From positions 1,148,878-1,212,877 of the forward strand of contig JBFLYH010000001.1 of the NCBI GenBank assembly GCA_040756875.1: 64,000 nucleotides of DNA, written 5' to 3'. This document shows, in pieces, positions 48,455 to 58,155 of the stretch; positions within the stretch are counted from its first letter, which is position 1, and every line of letters begins with the position of its first letter. Under the pieces are notes generated by a model, which worked only from the letters and a program-made list of their open reading frames with translations, was not told the DNA's origin and searched no databases. The stretch is from a candidate division FCPU426 bacterium (lineage in GTDB: Bacteria; Oederibacteriota; JAAXVQ01; JAUVAV01). The position numbers were made by a program, and so were the translations under genes.

Positions 48455-50239
48455 ATGCCACTTGAACCATCCAAAACCAACCTGATCCGCAGTGTCCCGG
48501 CCGACCCGGCTGCCTGGCTGGATTCCCTTCCCGCGGCGGACCGGGAAAACAGCAGCCAGCTTTTAGCGGCCGCGGCCTGGTACTGCCCTGCGGCGGTCAT
48601 CATTATCAACGCCCAAAAAAAAGTGGTCGGGGTCAATCCGCAGTTCTGCGAAATGACCGGGTTCGCGCCGGACAACATCTCCGGCCAGCAGTTGGATTTC
48701 ATCGCAGCCGAGCATCCGGGCATCCTGCTGTTCGCCAACCTGATCCAGGCTTTACGAACCGGGCGGACGCTTCAAGGCGAATACTACACCTGCAAAAAGG
48801 ACGGCTCCCGGTATTGGGAACAGGAACGGCTGCAGCCCTTTCCGCCCCAGGGCGAACCGGCCTTCGTTATTGGATTCCTCCAGGACCTTACGCCGCGCAA
48901 ATACGCGCAGGCCCTGGCTTCCCAGTTCGCCTTCCAGGACCTGCTGACCGAACTGCCAAATCGTCTGGCTTTCGGCAGCCTGCTGGAAGAGACCCTGCAT
49001 CATTCCGTGAGCCGCGGCCAAAAACTGGCGCTGGCCCTGCTGGACCTGGACCGTTTCAAGATCATCAACGAAACCCTGGGCCATGCCATCGGCGACCAGC
49101 TGCTGCAAAGCGTGGCGCGGCGCCTCCGGTCCCAGATGGAACCCGGGGACGCCCTGGCGCGCATGGGCGGCGACGAATTCATCCTGCTGCTGCCTTATGT
49201 CGCCGATTTCCAGTCCGTGGTGCACAAAATCAAGAAAGTCATGGCCGGATTCCTCATGCCGTTTTCAGCCAACCAACAGACGCTCCACATCAAAGCCAGC
49301 TGCGGCATCAGCCTGTTTCCGGAGGACGGCCAGGACGCCTCCACCCTGTTGCGGAACGCCGACTCCGCGCTCAGCCAGGCCAAATCCTCGGGCCGCAACA
49401 ACTACCGTTTCTATACGGCCAAATTGAACGCCCTGGCCTTGAACGAACTGGTGCTGGAAATGGCGCTGCGCGGCGCGCTCGACCAGGGAGAACTCGACGT
49501 CTTCTACCAGCCCCAAGTCAGCCTGCACACCGGCCGGATCGTGGGCGTGGAAGCCCTGTTGCGCTGGCAGCATCCGGAGTTCGGCATGGTGCCGCCGGAC
49601 CGCTTCATCCCGCTGGCCGAAGAGACCGGCATGATCGTGCCCATCGGCAGCTGGGTCCTGCGCACGGCCTGCCGCCACCACCGGGAATGGATGGACGCCG
49701 GGCTGCCGGACCTGCGGCTGGCGGTCAATTTGTCGGGGCGGCAGTTTCAGGAGCCGGAGATCGTGGAGCAGATCCTGGGGATTTGCGAGGAATGCAGGTT
49801 CGACCCGTCCCGCCTGGATCTGGAAATCACCGAAAGCGTGCTGCTCAAGGACCTGAACAACGCCAATCTGGTGCTGAGGTGGCTGAAGAAAAAAGGCGTG
49901 ACCCTGACCATCGACGACTTCGGCACCGGATATTCCTCCCTCCAGTACCTGCAGCGTTTTGCCGTGGACGGCATCAAAGTCGACCGGAGTTTCGTGCGCG
50001 ACTGCCTGGTCAACCCGGACAACGCCGCCCTGGTGTCCGCCATTTGCGCGATCGGCCGCAATTTCAAGCTGCGCCTGACCGCCGAGGGCGTGGAGGAGCG
50101 TGACCAGCTGCATCTGCTCAAGCGGCTGGGCTGCGACGAATTTCAGGGCTATTATTTTTCCCAGCCCCTGCCCCAGGTGGAATGCCGCGCCCTGCTGCAG
50201 CTTTCGCCCACCTTGTCTGCCGAGGACCCCGAACCCTAG
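48455..50239 (+). CDS. PAS-GGDEF-EAL protein (paralogue of 43805)
   Basis: AGGAGA RBS; DLDRFK, GGDEF, EALLRW, DDFGTGYSSL. Confidence 0.94.
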   Translation: MPLEPSKTNLIRSVPADPAAWLDSLPAADRENSSQLLAAAAWYCPAAVIIINAQKKVVGVNPQFCEMTGFAPDNISGQQLDFIAAEHPGILLFANLIQALRTGRTLQGEYYTCKKDGSRYWEQERLQPFPPQGEPAFVIGFLQDLTPRKYAQALASQFAFQDLLTELPNRLAFGSLLEETLHHSVSRGQKLALALLDLDRFKIINETLGHAIGDQLLQSVARRLRSQMEPGDALARMGGDEFILLLPYVADFQSVVHKIKKVMAGFLMPFSANQQTLHIKASCGISLFPEDGQDASTLLRNADSALSQAKSSGRNNYRFYTAKLNALALNELVLEMALRGALDQGELDVFYQPQVSLHTGRIVGVEALLRWQHPEFGMVPPDRFIPLAEETGMIVPIGSWVLRTACRHHREWMDAGLPDLRLAVNLSGRQFQEPEIVEQILGICEECRFDPSRLDLEITESVLLKDLNNANLVLRWLKKKGVTLTIDDFGTGYSSLQYLQRFAVDGIKVDRSFVRDCLVNPDNAALVSAICAIGRNFKLRLTAEGVEERDQLHLLKRLGCDEFQGYYFSQPLPQVECRALLQLSPTLSAEDPEP

Positions 50240-51162
50240 GCCGGGCTTGTCCCTGCCGACTTTAGCCCGTTTTCCACCTCGTCCGCCGCCGCGCCCATTT
50301 CCTCCCCGGACACCCAGTGGATCCTGATGCCGCGGCGTTCCATGCGGCGGAACCAGGTTTCCTGGCGCTTGGCCAGGCGTCCGATCTCAAGGGCGAGCCG
50401 CCGGAACAAATCTTCCTCGCTCCGGATCGCTCCCAGCAGGAAGTCGGCCACGTGGCGGTATTCCAGTCCCAGGCTGCGCAGGCGCTCCCAGGAGACCCCG
50501 CGTTCGTGGAGCCCGGCCACCTCCGCGATCATGCCCGCTGCCAGCCGTTCCCGCAGCCGCCGGGCGATGCGTTCGCGGAGCCGGTCGCGGTTCCAGCGCA
50601 GTCCGGCCACGTAGGCCTCCAGGCGGGGGTGTTCCGCCGGCTGCCCGGTTTTTCCGGCCAGGGCGATCTCCACGGCCCGGACCAGGCGCTCCCGGTTGTC
50701 GAGGTCCGTGCGGTTGTGCAAGTCCGGCTTGAGGCGTAGCAGGCCTTCCGCCAGGACCGCGGAATCCAGGCGCGCCAGTTCCGCGCGCAGCACCGGGTCG
50801 GGTTTGCTTTCGACCAGCGGATAATCCAGCAGCACGGATTCCAGATACAAGCCCGTTCCGCCCACCAGCACCGGCAGACGGGCGCGTTGCCGGACCGTTT
50901 CGAAAGCCGCGTAGAAAGCCCGCTGGAAATGGTAGACGCTGAATTCCTCCGACAGATCCGCGCAGTCGATCAAGTGGTGCGGCACCCGGCGCCCGCCCGC
51001 CTCGTAGGCGTCGAGGTCCTTGCCCGCGCCCAGGTCCAAGCCGCGGTACACTTGCCGCGAATCCGCCGAGATCACTTCCCCGCCCAAACGCAGCGCCAGT
51101 TCCACGCCCAGCCGGGTCTTGCCCGAAGCCGTGGGGCCGAGTACCACCAGGAGGTTAGGCAT
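50236..51162 (-). CDS. miaA: tRNA dimethylallyltransferase
   Basis: GPTASGKT, SADSRQVY, GGTGLY, AKRQETW. Confidence 0.93.
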   Translation of the reverse strand: MPNLLVVLGPTASGKTRLGVELALRLGGEVISADSRQVYRGLDLGAGKDLDAYEAGGRRVPHHLIDCADLSEEFSVYHFQRAFYAAFETVRQRARLPVLVGGTGLYLESVLLDYPLVESKPDPVLRAELARLDSAVLAEGLLRLKPDLHNRTDLDNRERLVRAVEIALAGKTGQPAEHPRLEAYVAGLRWNRDRLRERIARRLRERLAAGMIAEVAGLHERGVSWERLRSLGLEYRHVADFLLGAIRSEEDLFRRLALEIGRLAKRQETWFRRMERRGIRIHWVSGEEMGAAADEVENGLKSAGTSPA

Positions 51163-52615
51163 GCCCGCCCCGCTTCCGCGACCGCAGCCGTTGATAGGCG
51201 GCCAGGGCCCTGGCCCGGCCCGCGGCGTGGGGGATCAGGGGCAGCGGATACTCCCGCCCCAGGCGCACCTTTGCGTCGCTGAGCACCCGGGCCGGCGCTT
51301 CCCAGGGCCGGTGGAGCCAGCGGTCAGGCAGGCGTTTGAGTTCAGGCACCCAGCGCCTCACGTACGCGCCTAGGGGGTCGAACCGTTCGCCCTGGCGGCT
51401 GGGGTTGAAGACGCGGAAATACGGCGCCGCGTCCGCCCCGCAGCCTGCGACCCACTGCCAGCCCAGGGTGTTGTTGGCCAGGTCCGCGTCCACGAGTTCC
51501 TCCCAAAACCAGCGCGCCCCGGCCTGCCAGGGAATGAGCAGGTGCTTGGTCAGAAAGGAGGCGGCCACCATGCGCGCGCGGTTGTGCATCCACCCCGTGG
51601 CCCGGAGTTCGCGCTGGCCGGCGTCCACAAACGGGTAGCCGGTCAGGCCCTGCTGCCAGGCGCGCAGGTGCCCGGGCTGGGAAACCCAGGGGAAGGAGAC
51701 GAACGACTCCCGCAAGGGCTGTTCCGGCGTCTGCGGAAAATGCCACAGCAGGTAATGCGCGAACTCGCGCCAGCCGAGCTGCCGCAGGAAAGCCGCGGCG
51801 CCCCGGCTCTTTGGCCGCGAATGCACGGCCTCCCACGCGCGGCGCACGCTGAGTTCGCCCCAGGCCAGGTGCGGCGAGAGGCGCGAAGTGCCGTCCACGC
51901 CGGGCCAATCGCGAGCTTGGCCGTATCCCTCCAATCCCGCGCGCAGGAACCGGCGCAAAGCCCGGAGCGCGGCCGCCTCGCCCGGCTCCCAGGCTTGGCG
52001 CAGACCGCCGGCCCAATCGGGGCGCGGCAGCAGTTCAAATTTCTCCAAGCGATCGGAGGCAGGCCATCGTGAGGGCGAGCGCCACTTGCCCGGCGCGGGC
52101 AGGGGGCTGGATGGAAAAGGTTGGGCCAGGCATTGCTTCCAATAGGCGGAAAAGACCCGGACCGGATTCCCGAAGGCCGTGCGGATTGTTTCCGCCGGAA
52201 AGAGGACATGGGGCGGAAAGATTTCCACGCGCCAGCCGCGGGCCCGGAGCGCGGCCGCTGTCTCGGCTTCCGCCTGGGCAGCGAGCGGATCAGGACTGCG
52301 GGTCCAATGCACGCGGCGGGCGCCGGTTTTCCGGCCCAAGGCCAGGAGCGCGGGCAAGGGCTCGCCCTGGCGCAGCACCAGGCGCGAACCCCGCTGGCGG
52401 AGGCCGGCTTGCAGGCTGAGCAGCGAATGATGCAGCCACCATTGCCCGGCCGCGCCCGCCGTCCAGCCGGCCCGTTCAGCCAGGGGCCAGATAAACACCG
52501 GGATCACGGGCGCGCCGGTCTCTGCCGCGGCCCGCAAAGCCGGCTGGTCGTCCAGCCGCAAATCGCGCCGGAACCAGACCAGGGTCGTGCCGGAACTCGG
52601 AGTTTTATCAGGCAT
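51155..52615 (-). CDS. phr: Class I CPD DNA photolyase
   Basis: WFRRDLRLDD, TSRLSPHL, WREF, GWMHNRARM, FRVFNP. Confidence 0.94.
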   Translation of the reverse strand: MPDKTPSSGTTLVWFRRDLRLDDQPALRAAAETGAPVIPVFIWPLAERAGWTAGAAGQWWLHHSLLSLQAGLRQRGSRLVLRQGEPLPALLALGRKTGARRVHWTRSPDPLAAQAEAETAAALRARGWRVEIFPPHVLFPAETIRTAFGNPVRVFSAYWKQCLAQPFPSSPLPAPGKWRSPSRWPASDRLEKFELLPRPDWAGGLRQAWEPGEAAALRALRRFLRAGLEGYGQARDWPGVDGTSRLSPHLAWGELSVRRAWEAVHSRPKSRGAAAFLRQLGWREFAHYLLWHFPQTPEQPLRESFVSFPWVSQPGHLRAWQQGLTGYPFVDAGQRELRATGWMHNRARMVAASFLTKHLLIPWQAGARWFWEELVDADLANNTLGWQWVAGCGADAAPYFRVFNPSRQGERFDPLGAYVRRWVPELKRLPDRWLHRPWEAPARVLSDAKVRLGREYPLPLIPHAAGRARALAAYQRLRSRKRGGHA

Positions 52616-53591
52616 GGTTGCGCAGCATCAATTCCTTGGGATGGGGGTTCAGATAATACTGGCCGCGCAGGTATTCGACCCGCGCCTTGCCCACATAGTG
52701 TTTAAGGAGTGTCAGGGGCGCCACCAGGGGCACCAACCCATGCCGGTAATCCTCGATCACGCTCAGCACGTCCTGTTTCTCCGCCGGGCCCAGGTCGCGC
52801 TTCAGGTAGCCCAGAATGTGCTGGAGCACATTGGCATGCTTGGCCGGCGTGGCACGGACGGCCAGGGCTTCCATGAAAAGCCGGGCATACTCATCCAGGA
52901 ACGCCCTGGGGTCGAGCGTCTTTACCTTGGCCACCAGCCGGCCCAGGGTTTGATAGTGCTTGGGGCTGTGGGACATGAGCAGCAGCTTTTGGCGCGAGTG
53001 GAACTCCACCAGGGCGCCCCGTTTAAAACGCGCGGCCAGGAGCTGCAGACGGCGGAAACTGAAGACCCGTTCGATGAAATTTTCCCGCAAGCCCAGATCA
53101 TGCAGCCGGCCCTCTTCTTCCACAGGCACCAGGGGAAAACGATTCATGAACGCGGCGGCAAAAAGGCCGGAACCGCTGCCTGCCGCCTGCCCCTTTTCAT
53201 TATATACTTTTACCCGGAAAGCGCCGGAACTGGGCGAATCACTTTTAAAGATAAACCCGCACAGGCTCTCGCCCGCCAGGCGGTCCAGGCGCTTTTCCAC
53301 CCACGCCTGCATGGCCTGGGTCCAATCCTTGCCGCTCTGACGGCCCAGCAAGCGGGGATGTCGCGGATCGCCGGCCAGGCGCACAGGCTCGCGCGGCACG
53401 CCCATGCCCACCTCCACCTCCGGGCACACGGGCACCCAGTCGAAATACCCGCCCAGGACGTCCGTAAGATAGCGGTCGCGCTTGTGCCCGCCGTCATAGC
53501 GCACCGGATCGCCGAGCAGGCAGCGGCTCACGCCGACTTTGATTTTTCCCGCGGCGTCTTCCTGCGGGCCGCGGGGTCGGGATGATTTCAC
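52608..53591 (-). CDS. ybgA: YbgA family (DUF523 + DUF1722) protein
   Basis: SRCLLG..VRYDGGHK, VCPEVE, SPSSG, EEEGRL, QYYLNPHP; lies upstream of phr as in E. coli. Confidence 0.9.
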   Translation of the reverse strand: MKSSRPRGPQEDAAGKIKVGVSRCLLGDPVRYDGGHKRDRYLTDVLGGYFDWVPVCPEVEVGMGVPREPVRLAGDPRHPRLLGRQSGKDWTQAMQAWVEKRLDRLAGESLCGFIFKSDSPSSGAFRVKVYNEKGQAAGSGSGLFAAAFMNRFPLVPVEEEGRLHDLGLRENFIERVFSFRRLQLLAARFKRGALVEFHSRQKLLLMSHSPKHYQTLGRLVAKVKTLDPRAFLDEYARLFMEALAVRATPAKHANVLQHILGYLKRDLGPAEKQDVLSVIEDYRHGLVPLVAPLTLLKHYVGKARVEYLRGQYYLNPHPKELMLRNHA

Positions 53592-53796
53592 GTTATGGCT
53601 CCCCAGCAGGGCAATGGCCCATCCTCCCTTATCCCCGCTTCCCTGTCAAGGCGGGAAGGGGTTGCGAGAGGAGGGTTTCGGGCCCCGGCCAATGAGCCGG
53701 GAGGCCTCTGAACTTCCGAAAGCTGCGCGCACTTACGGTTTCATTGAAAATGTGTTAATATGGTTTTCATTGCAGTCATTCCGGAGGAGCCGCCAC

Positions 53797-54828
53797 ATGC
53801 CCGACCCCATCACCGTCCACGTCGTTTCCGAAACCCCCTTCATCATGAAAGGCCAGGGCGTGCACACCGCCTTCGTGGACTGCGTGGACCTGCTGAAAAG
53901 CGGTTCAGACGTGCGCGTGGTCGTCAACAACGAGGGTTGGGGCGACCTGATGCACGCCCACACCTACGGCCCTTACTACTTCTGGAAAGGCCGCAAGTAC
54001 CGCGGCCGCCGGGTCTACACCGTGCACGTGATCCCCGATTCCATCAAGGGCTCGCTGCCCGCCTGGAAATTCTGGATGCCCTTTGTCCGCTGGTACTTCC
54101 GCCGCGTCTATTCGTACGCGGACGTCTGCATCGCCATCTCGCCCATGGTCGAGGAGGCCATCCGCGAGCTCAAGGCCAAAACCCGCATCGTGCGCATCGG
54201 GAACCCCATCCACCTTGAAAAATTCGCGCCCACGCCCGAACGCCGGGCCCGGGGCCGCAAGCTGCTCGGCCTGAATCCCGATGAATTCGTGGTCCTGGGC
54301 GTCGGCCAGCTCGAAGGCCGCAAGGGCGTCGAAGATTTCCTCGACATCGCGGAAAAAATGCCCGACGCCACTTTTGTCTGGGCCGGCGGCCGGCCGTTCG
54401 GCCTCATGACCGAAGGCATCGCCAAGCTGAACCGCCGCATCGCGGCCGCCGGGCCGCACGTCAAGTTCCCCGGCTTGTTCGAACTGTCCGACATGCCCCT
54501 GATCTACAACGCCGCGGACATGCTGCTCTTCCCCAGTTACCAGGAAAACTGCCCGCTGGTGCCGGTCGAGGCCGCGGCCGCCGGGTTGCCGGTCATCTAC
54601 CGCGACATCCCCGAATACGTCAAGCTCTACGAAAATCCCTACCTCAAGGCCCGCGACACCGGCGAATTTGTCACCCTGGCCCAGCGCCTGCAGCAGGACC
54701 CCGCGTTCCGGGCCATGGCCCGGGAAATTTCCCGCCAACTGATCACCCAATTCGAGAAGCAGGGCATCCGCGAACGCCTGCTGGCGCTGTACCGCGAGGT
54801 GCTGGCCGCTTCCCAGCCCCCGCGCTGA
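53797..54828 (+). CDS. Glycosyltransferase family 4
   Basis: GGAGG RBS; GQGVHTAF, RKGVEDF, PSYQEN...EAAA. Confidence 0.9.
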   Translation: MPDPITVHVVSETPFIMKGQGVHTAFVDCVDLLKSGSDVRVVVNNEGWGDLMHAHTYGPYYFWKGRKYRGRRVYTVHVIPDSIKGSLPAWKFWMPFVRWYFRRVYSYADVCIAISPMVEEAIRELKAKTRIVRIGNPIHLEKFAPTPERRARGRKLLGLNPDEFVVLGVGQLEGRKGVEDFLDIAEKMPDATFVWAGGRPFGLMTEGIAKLNRRIAAAGPHVKFPGLFELSDMPLIYNAADMLLFPSYQENCPLVPVEAAAAGLPVIYRDIPEYVKLYENPYLKARDTGEFVTLAQRLQQDPAFRAMAREISRQLITQFEKQGIRERLLALYREVLAASQPPR

Positions 54829-54836
54829 GCCGCGCC

Positions 54837-55937
54837 GTGGAACGCGTGGACCTCGCGGTCATCGGCGCCGGCGCCGTGGGGCTGGCCGTGGCCGCCCGGC
54901 TCGCGGGCCCGGAGCGTTCGGTCGTGGTGTGCGAGCGCCACGACCGCTTCGGCCAGGAAACTTCCAGCCGCAACAGCGAAGTCATCCACGCCGGCATCTA
55001 TTACCCTCCCGGCTCCCTCAAGGCCCGGCTGTGCGCCGCCGGCAACCCCCTGGTCTACGCCTTCTGCCGGGAACACGGCGTGCGGCACCAGCGTTTGGGC
55101 AAACTCATCATCGCCACTGAGCCTTCGGAAATCCCGGCGCTGAAAAAACTCCTGCAAAACGGCGAGGCCAACGGCGTGGCCGGCCTGGCCTGGCTGGAGG
55201 CCGGCGAAGCGCGCGCCCTGGAACCCGCGGTCCGCTGCCTGGCCGCCCTGCATTCACCGGACACCGGCATTTTCGACACGCACGGGTTCATGGCCGCCCT
55301 GTGCCGTCAGGCCGAAGCGCGCGGCGCAATGCTGCTCTACAACTCCGAAGTCATTGCCGTCCATCCCGAAGCCGGCGGCTATCTGATCGAACTGAACCGT
55401 GGCCAGGAGCGTTTTCACGCCGCGCGCGTCGTCAATGCCGCGGGCCTGGAGTGCGCGCGCGTGGCCGGCCTGGCCGGGCTGGATGGCGCGGCGGCCGGCT
55501 ATGTCCTCCATTATTGCAAAGGCGAGTATTTCCGCACCACCCAGCGCCTGCCGGTCAGCCGCCTGGTCTATCCGGTGCCGCAGGAACGCGTCCACAGCCT
55601 GGGCATCCATCTGACCCGCGACCTGGCCGGTTCCTTCCGCTTCGGCCCGGACGCGGCTTATGTGGACGGAGTGGACTACGGCGTGAACGAGAACAAACGG
55701 GGGATTTTCGCGGACGCGGTGCGGCGCTACCTGCCGGAACTGGATCCGGCCCTGCTGTATCCGGACCTGGCGGGCATCCGGCCCAAGCTGCAGGGGCCGG
55801 AGGACGGATTCAGGGATTTCGTCATTCGCGAGGAAAGCGGCCAAGGGCTGCCGGGATGGGTGAACCTGATCGGCATCGAGTCGCCGGGCCTGACCTCGGC
55901 CCTGGCCATTGCGGACCAGGTGGCGGGAATGGTGTAG
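54837..55937 (+). CDS. FAD-dependent oxidoreductase, L-2-hydroxyglutarate oxidase (LhgO) family
   Basis: GAGAVG, SSRNSEVIHAGIYY, GIRPKL, GIESPGLTS. Confidence 0.9.
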   Translation: MERVDLAVIGAGAVGLAVAARLAGPERSVVVCERHDRFGQETSSRNSEVIHAGIYYPPGSLKARLCAAGNPLVYAFCREHGVRHQRLGKLIIATEPSEIPALKKLLQNGEANGVAGLAWLEAGEARALEPAVRCLAALHSPDTGIFDTHGFMAALCRQAEARGAMLLYNSEVIAVHPEAGGYLIELNRGQERFHAARVVNAAGLECARVAGLAGLDGAAAGYVLHYCKGEYFRTTQRLPVSRLVYPVPQERVHSLGIHLTRDLAGSFRFGPDAAYVDGVDYGVNENKRGIFADAVRRYLPELDPALLYPDLAGIRPKLQGPEDGFRDFVIREESGQGLPGWVNLIGIESPGLTSALAIADQVAGMV

Positions 55938-55953
55938 TGAATAAATGAATCAT

Positions 55954-56056
55954 TCCTCTCCCCTGGCGGGAGAGGATGAAGGAGAGGGGGAGGTTTGTTG
56001 TTTGCATCGGAACCCCCTCCCCTGGCCCCTCCCACCAAGAATCCCGGGGAGGGGAA
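55954..56056. repeat. Pair of CCCTCTCCC...GGGAGAGGG-type palindromic repeats
   Basis: TCCTCTCCC-CTGGC-GGGAGAGGA and CCCCTCCC...GGGAGGGG in an intergenic gap. Confidence 0.7.
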
Positions 56057-56065
56057 TTTTATGTC

Positions 56066-56145
56066 GTCATTGCGAGCGGAGCGAAGCAATCCCGGTTTTC
56101 CGTTTGACGACGAGATTGCTTCGTCCCGTCGGTCCTCGCAATGAC
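56066..56145. repeat. Palindromic element GTCATTGCGAG...CTCGCAATGAC (RPE-like)
   Basis: Perfect 11-bp terminal inverted repeat with an inner GAAGCAATC/GATTGCTTC stem. Confidence 0.8.
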
Positions 56146-56162
56146 CGAACCCGCCTTTAACC

Positions 56163-58142
56163 CTATTCGTACCTCAGCGCCTCGATCGGCTTGAGCTGCG
56201 CGGCCTGACGCGCGGGCCACAGCCCGAACGCCAGCCCCACGCCCACGGAAAAAGTCAGCGCCAGGAGCACGGACCACCACGAGACCGTGGTGTTCCACTT
56301 GGCCACCGTGGACATGCCCCAGGAAATCCCCGCCCCCAGCAGAATCCCGGCCAGTCCGCCGGACACGGTCATCAGCACGGCTTCGATGAGGAATTGGATC
56401 AGAATGTCCTGGCGCCGCGCGCCCAGGGCCTTGCGCAGTCCGATTTCCCGCGTGCGCTCCGTGACCGACACCAGCATGATGTTCATGATGCCGATGCCGC
56501 CCACCAGCAGCGAGATGGCCGCGATCGAGCCCAGCAGCAGGGTCATGGTCTGGGTGGCTTGTTTGAGCGTGTCCTGGAGGTCGGCCATGTTGCGGATCTC
56601 GAAGCCCTCATCCTCGCGGTTGGGGCTGGGATGGCGCTGCTTGATCAGGGCCGAGACCGCGTCCTCCGCGGCGTCCATCAGCTTGGCGTCTCGCACTTCC
56701 ACGTCGATGCTGTCCACGTACTCCTTGCCCAGCAGCCGGTACATGGCCGTGGACAGGGGAATGACCATCACGTCGTCCTGGTCGCGCCAGCCCGTGGCGC
56801 CTTTGGTGGGCAGCACGCCGATGATCTGGAACGGGATGCGGTTCACGCGCACGGTGGCGCCCACGGGGTTGGAATTGGGAAAGAGCTGCTGGACCACGGT
56901 GGTGCCGATCACCGCCACTTTCTGCCGGCCGCGTTCCTCCTCGTCCGTGAAAAAGCGGCCCAGGGTCGGCACCGAGGCTCGCATCTCCGCGTACGGCACT
57001 TCCGCGCCGATGACCTGGGTGTTCCAGTTGTTTGCGCCGGCCACGACCTGCGCCCGGCCCTGCACAGAGGCCGCCACCCGCTTGATCATGGGCAGGCGCC
57101 GCAGGGCTTCGGAATCCTGCGGCGTCAGGCGCGTGACCGCGCCGGCTTCCATGGACACGGGCCCGAAGCGGTGGGAACCGGGGTGCACGTTCAGCAGGTT
57201 CGAACCCAGGGAGGCCAGTTGTTTGGTGATGCTGTCCCGCGCGCCCTGGCCCAGGGCCAGCATGGCGATGACCGCGGCCACGCCGATGAGAATGCCCAGC
57301 ATGGACAGGGTGGAGCGGAGTTTGTGGGAAACAATCGCATACAGCGCCTGGCGCAGGTGGTCCGTGAACACGGCCCGGCCGCCGCGGGCCTGCTCCGCGG
57401 ACCAGGCGGCGCCGGATCCCGGCGCCTCGGCGCGGTGTTTCTGCTTTGCAGCCGTCTTGCGCCGTTCGTCGGCGATCAGCTTGCCGTCGCGCATGCGCAG
57501 GATGCGCCTGGCCCTGGCCGCCACCTCGGGCTCGTGCGTGACCATGACCACGGTGATGCCCTGGCGGTTCAGTTCCTCCAGGACTCTCAAAATTTCCGCT
57601 TCGCTTTTCGTGTCGAGGTTTCCGGTGGGCTCATCGGCCAGGATGACCAGAGGATCATTGACCAGGGAACGGGCGATGGCCACGCGCTGCTGCTCGCCGC
57701 CGGACATTTGCCGCGGCCGGTGGTCCGAGCGCGCGGCCAGGCCCACCTCCCGCAGGCGGTTCGAGGCCGCGTCCTGATGATTGCGGCGCCCCGCGTACAA
57801 CAGCGGCAATTCCACGTTGGCCTGGGCGGTCAGATTGGGCAGCAGGTGGAATTGCTGGAATACGAAGCCCAGCAGGCGGTTGCGCAAACCGGCCAACTGG
57901 TCGTCCGTGCGCGTGGTGGTGTCGATTCCGGCCACCACGTATTGGCCCTGGTCCGGACGGTCGAGCAGCCCCAGGACGTGCAGCAGCGTGGACTTCCCGG
58001 ACCCCGACGGGCCCATAATAGCCACGAACTCCCCGGCCTCGATGCTCACGGACACGTTGTCCATGGCCTTGACCGGCGTTCCGCCCAGGGTATACGTTTT
58101 ATACGCCCCCTTCAGTTCCAGCAAGGCCTCTTTGGGCTTCAT
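56163..58142 (-). CDS. macB: MacB-type ABC transporter (fused ATPase + permease)
   Basis: GPSGSGKST, MSGGEQQR, GGIGIMNIMLVSVTERTREIG, PIEALRYE. Confidence 0.93.
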   Translation of the reverse strand: MKPKEALLELKGAYKTYTLGGTPVKAMDNVSVSIEAGEFVAIMGPSGSGKSTLLHVLGLLDRPDQGQYVVAGIDTTTRTDDQLAGLRNRLLGFVFQQFHLLPNLTAQANVELPLLYAGRRNHQDAASNRLREVGLAARSDHRPRQMSGGEQQRVAIARSLVNDPLVILADEPTGNLDTKSEAEILRVLEELNRQGITVVMVTHEPEVAARARRILRMRDGKLIADERRKTAAKQKHRAEAPGSGAAWSAEQARGGRAVFTDHLRQALYAIVSHKLRSTLSMLGILIGVAAVIAMLALGQGARDSITKQLASLGSNLLNVHPGSHRFGPVSMEAGAVTRLTPQDSEALRRLPMIKRVAASVQGRAQVVAGANNWNTQVIGAEVPYAEMRASVPTLGRFFTDEEERGRQKVAVIGTTVVQQLFPNSNPVGATVRVNRIPFQIIGVLPTKGATGWRDQDDVMVIPLSTAMYRLLGKEYVDSIDVEVRDAKLMDAAEDAVSALIKQRHPSPNREDEGFEIRNMADLQDTLKQATQTMTLLLGSIAAISLLVGGIGIMNIMLVSVTERTREIGLRKALGARRQDILIQFLIEAVLMTVSGGLAGILLGAGISWGMSTVAKWNTTVSWWSVLLALTFSVGVGLAFGLWPARQAAQLKPIEALRYE

Positions 58143-58155
58143 GTCCGCTCCTGGA

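Noticed and set aside
51155-53591. ybgA-photolyase coupling
   Set aside because: The same pairing is known from E. coli (ybgA-phr); not novel.
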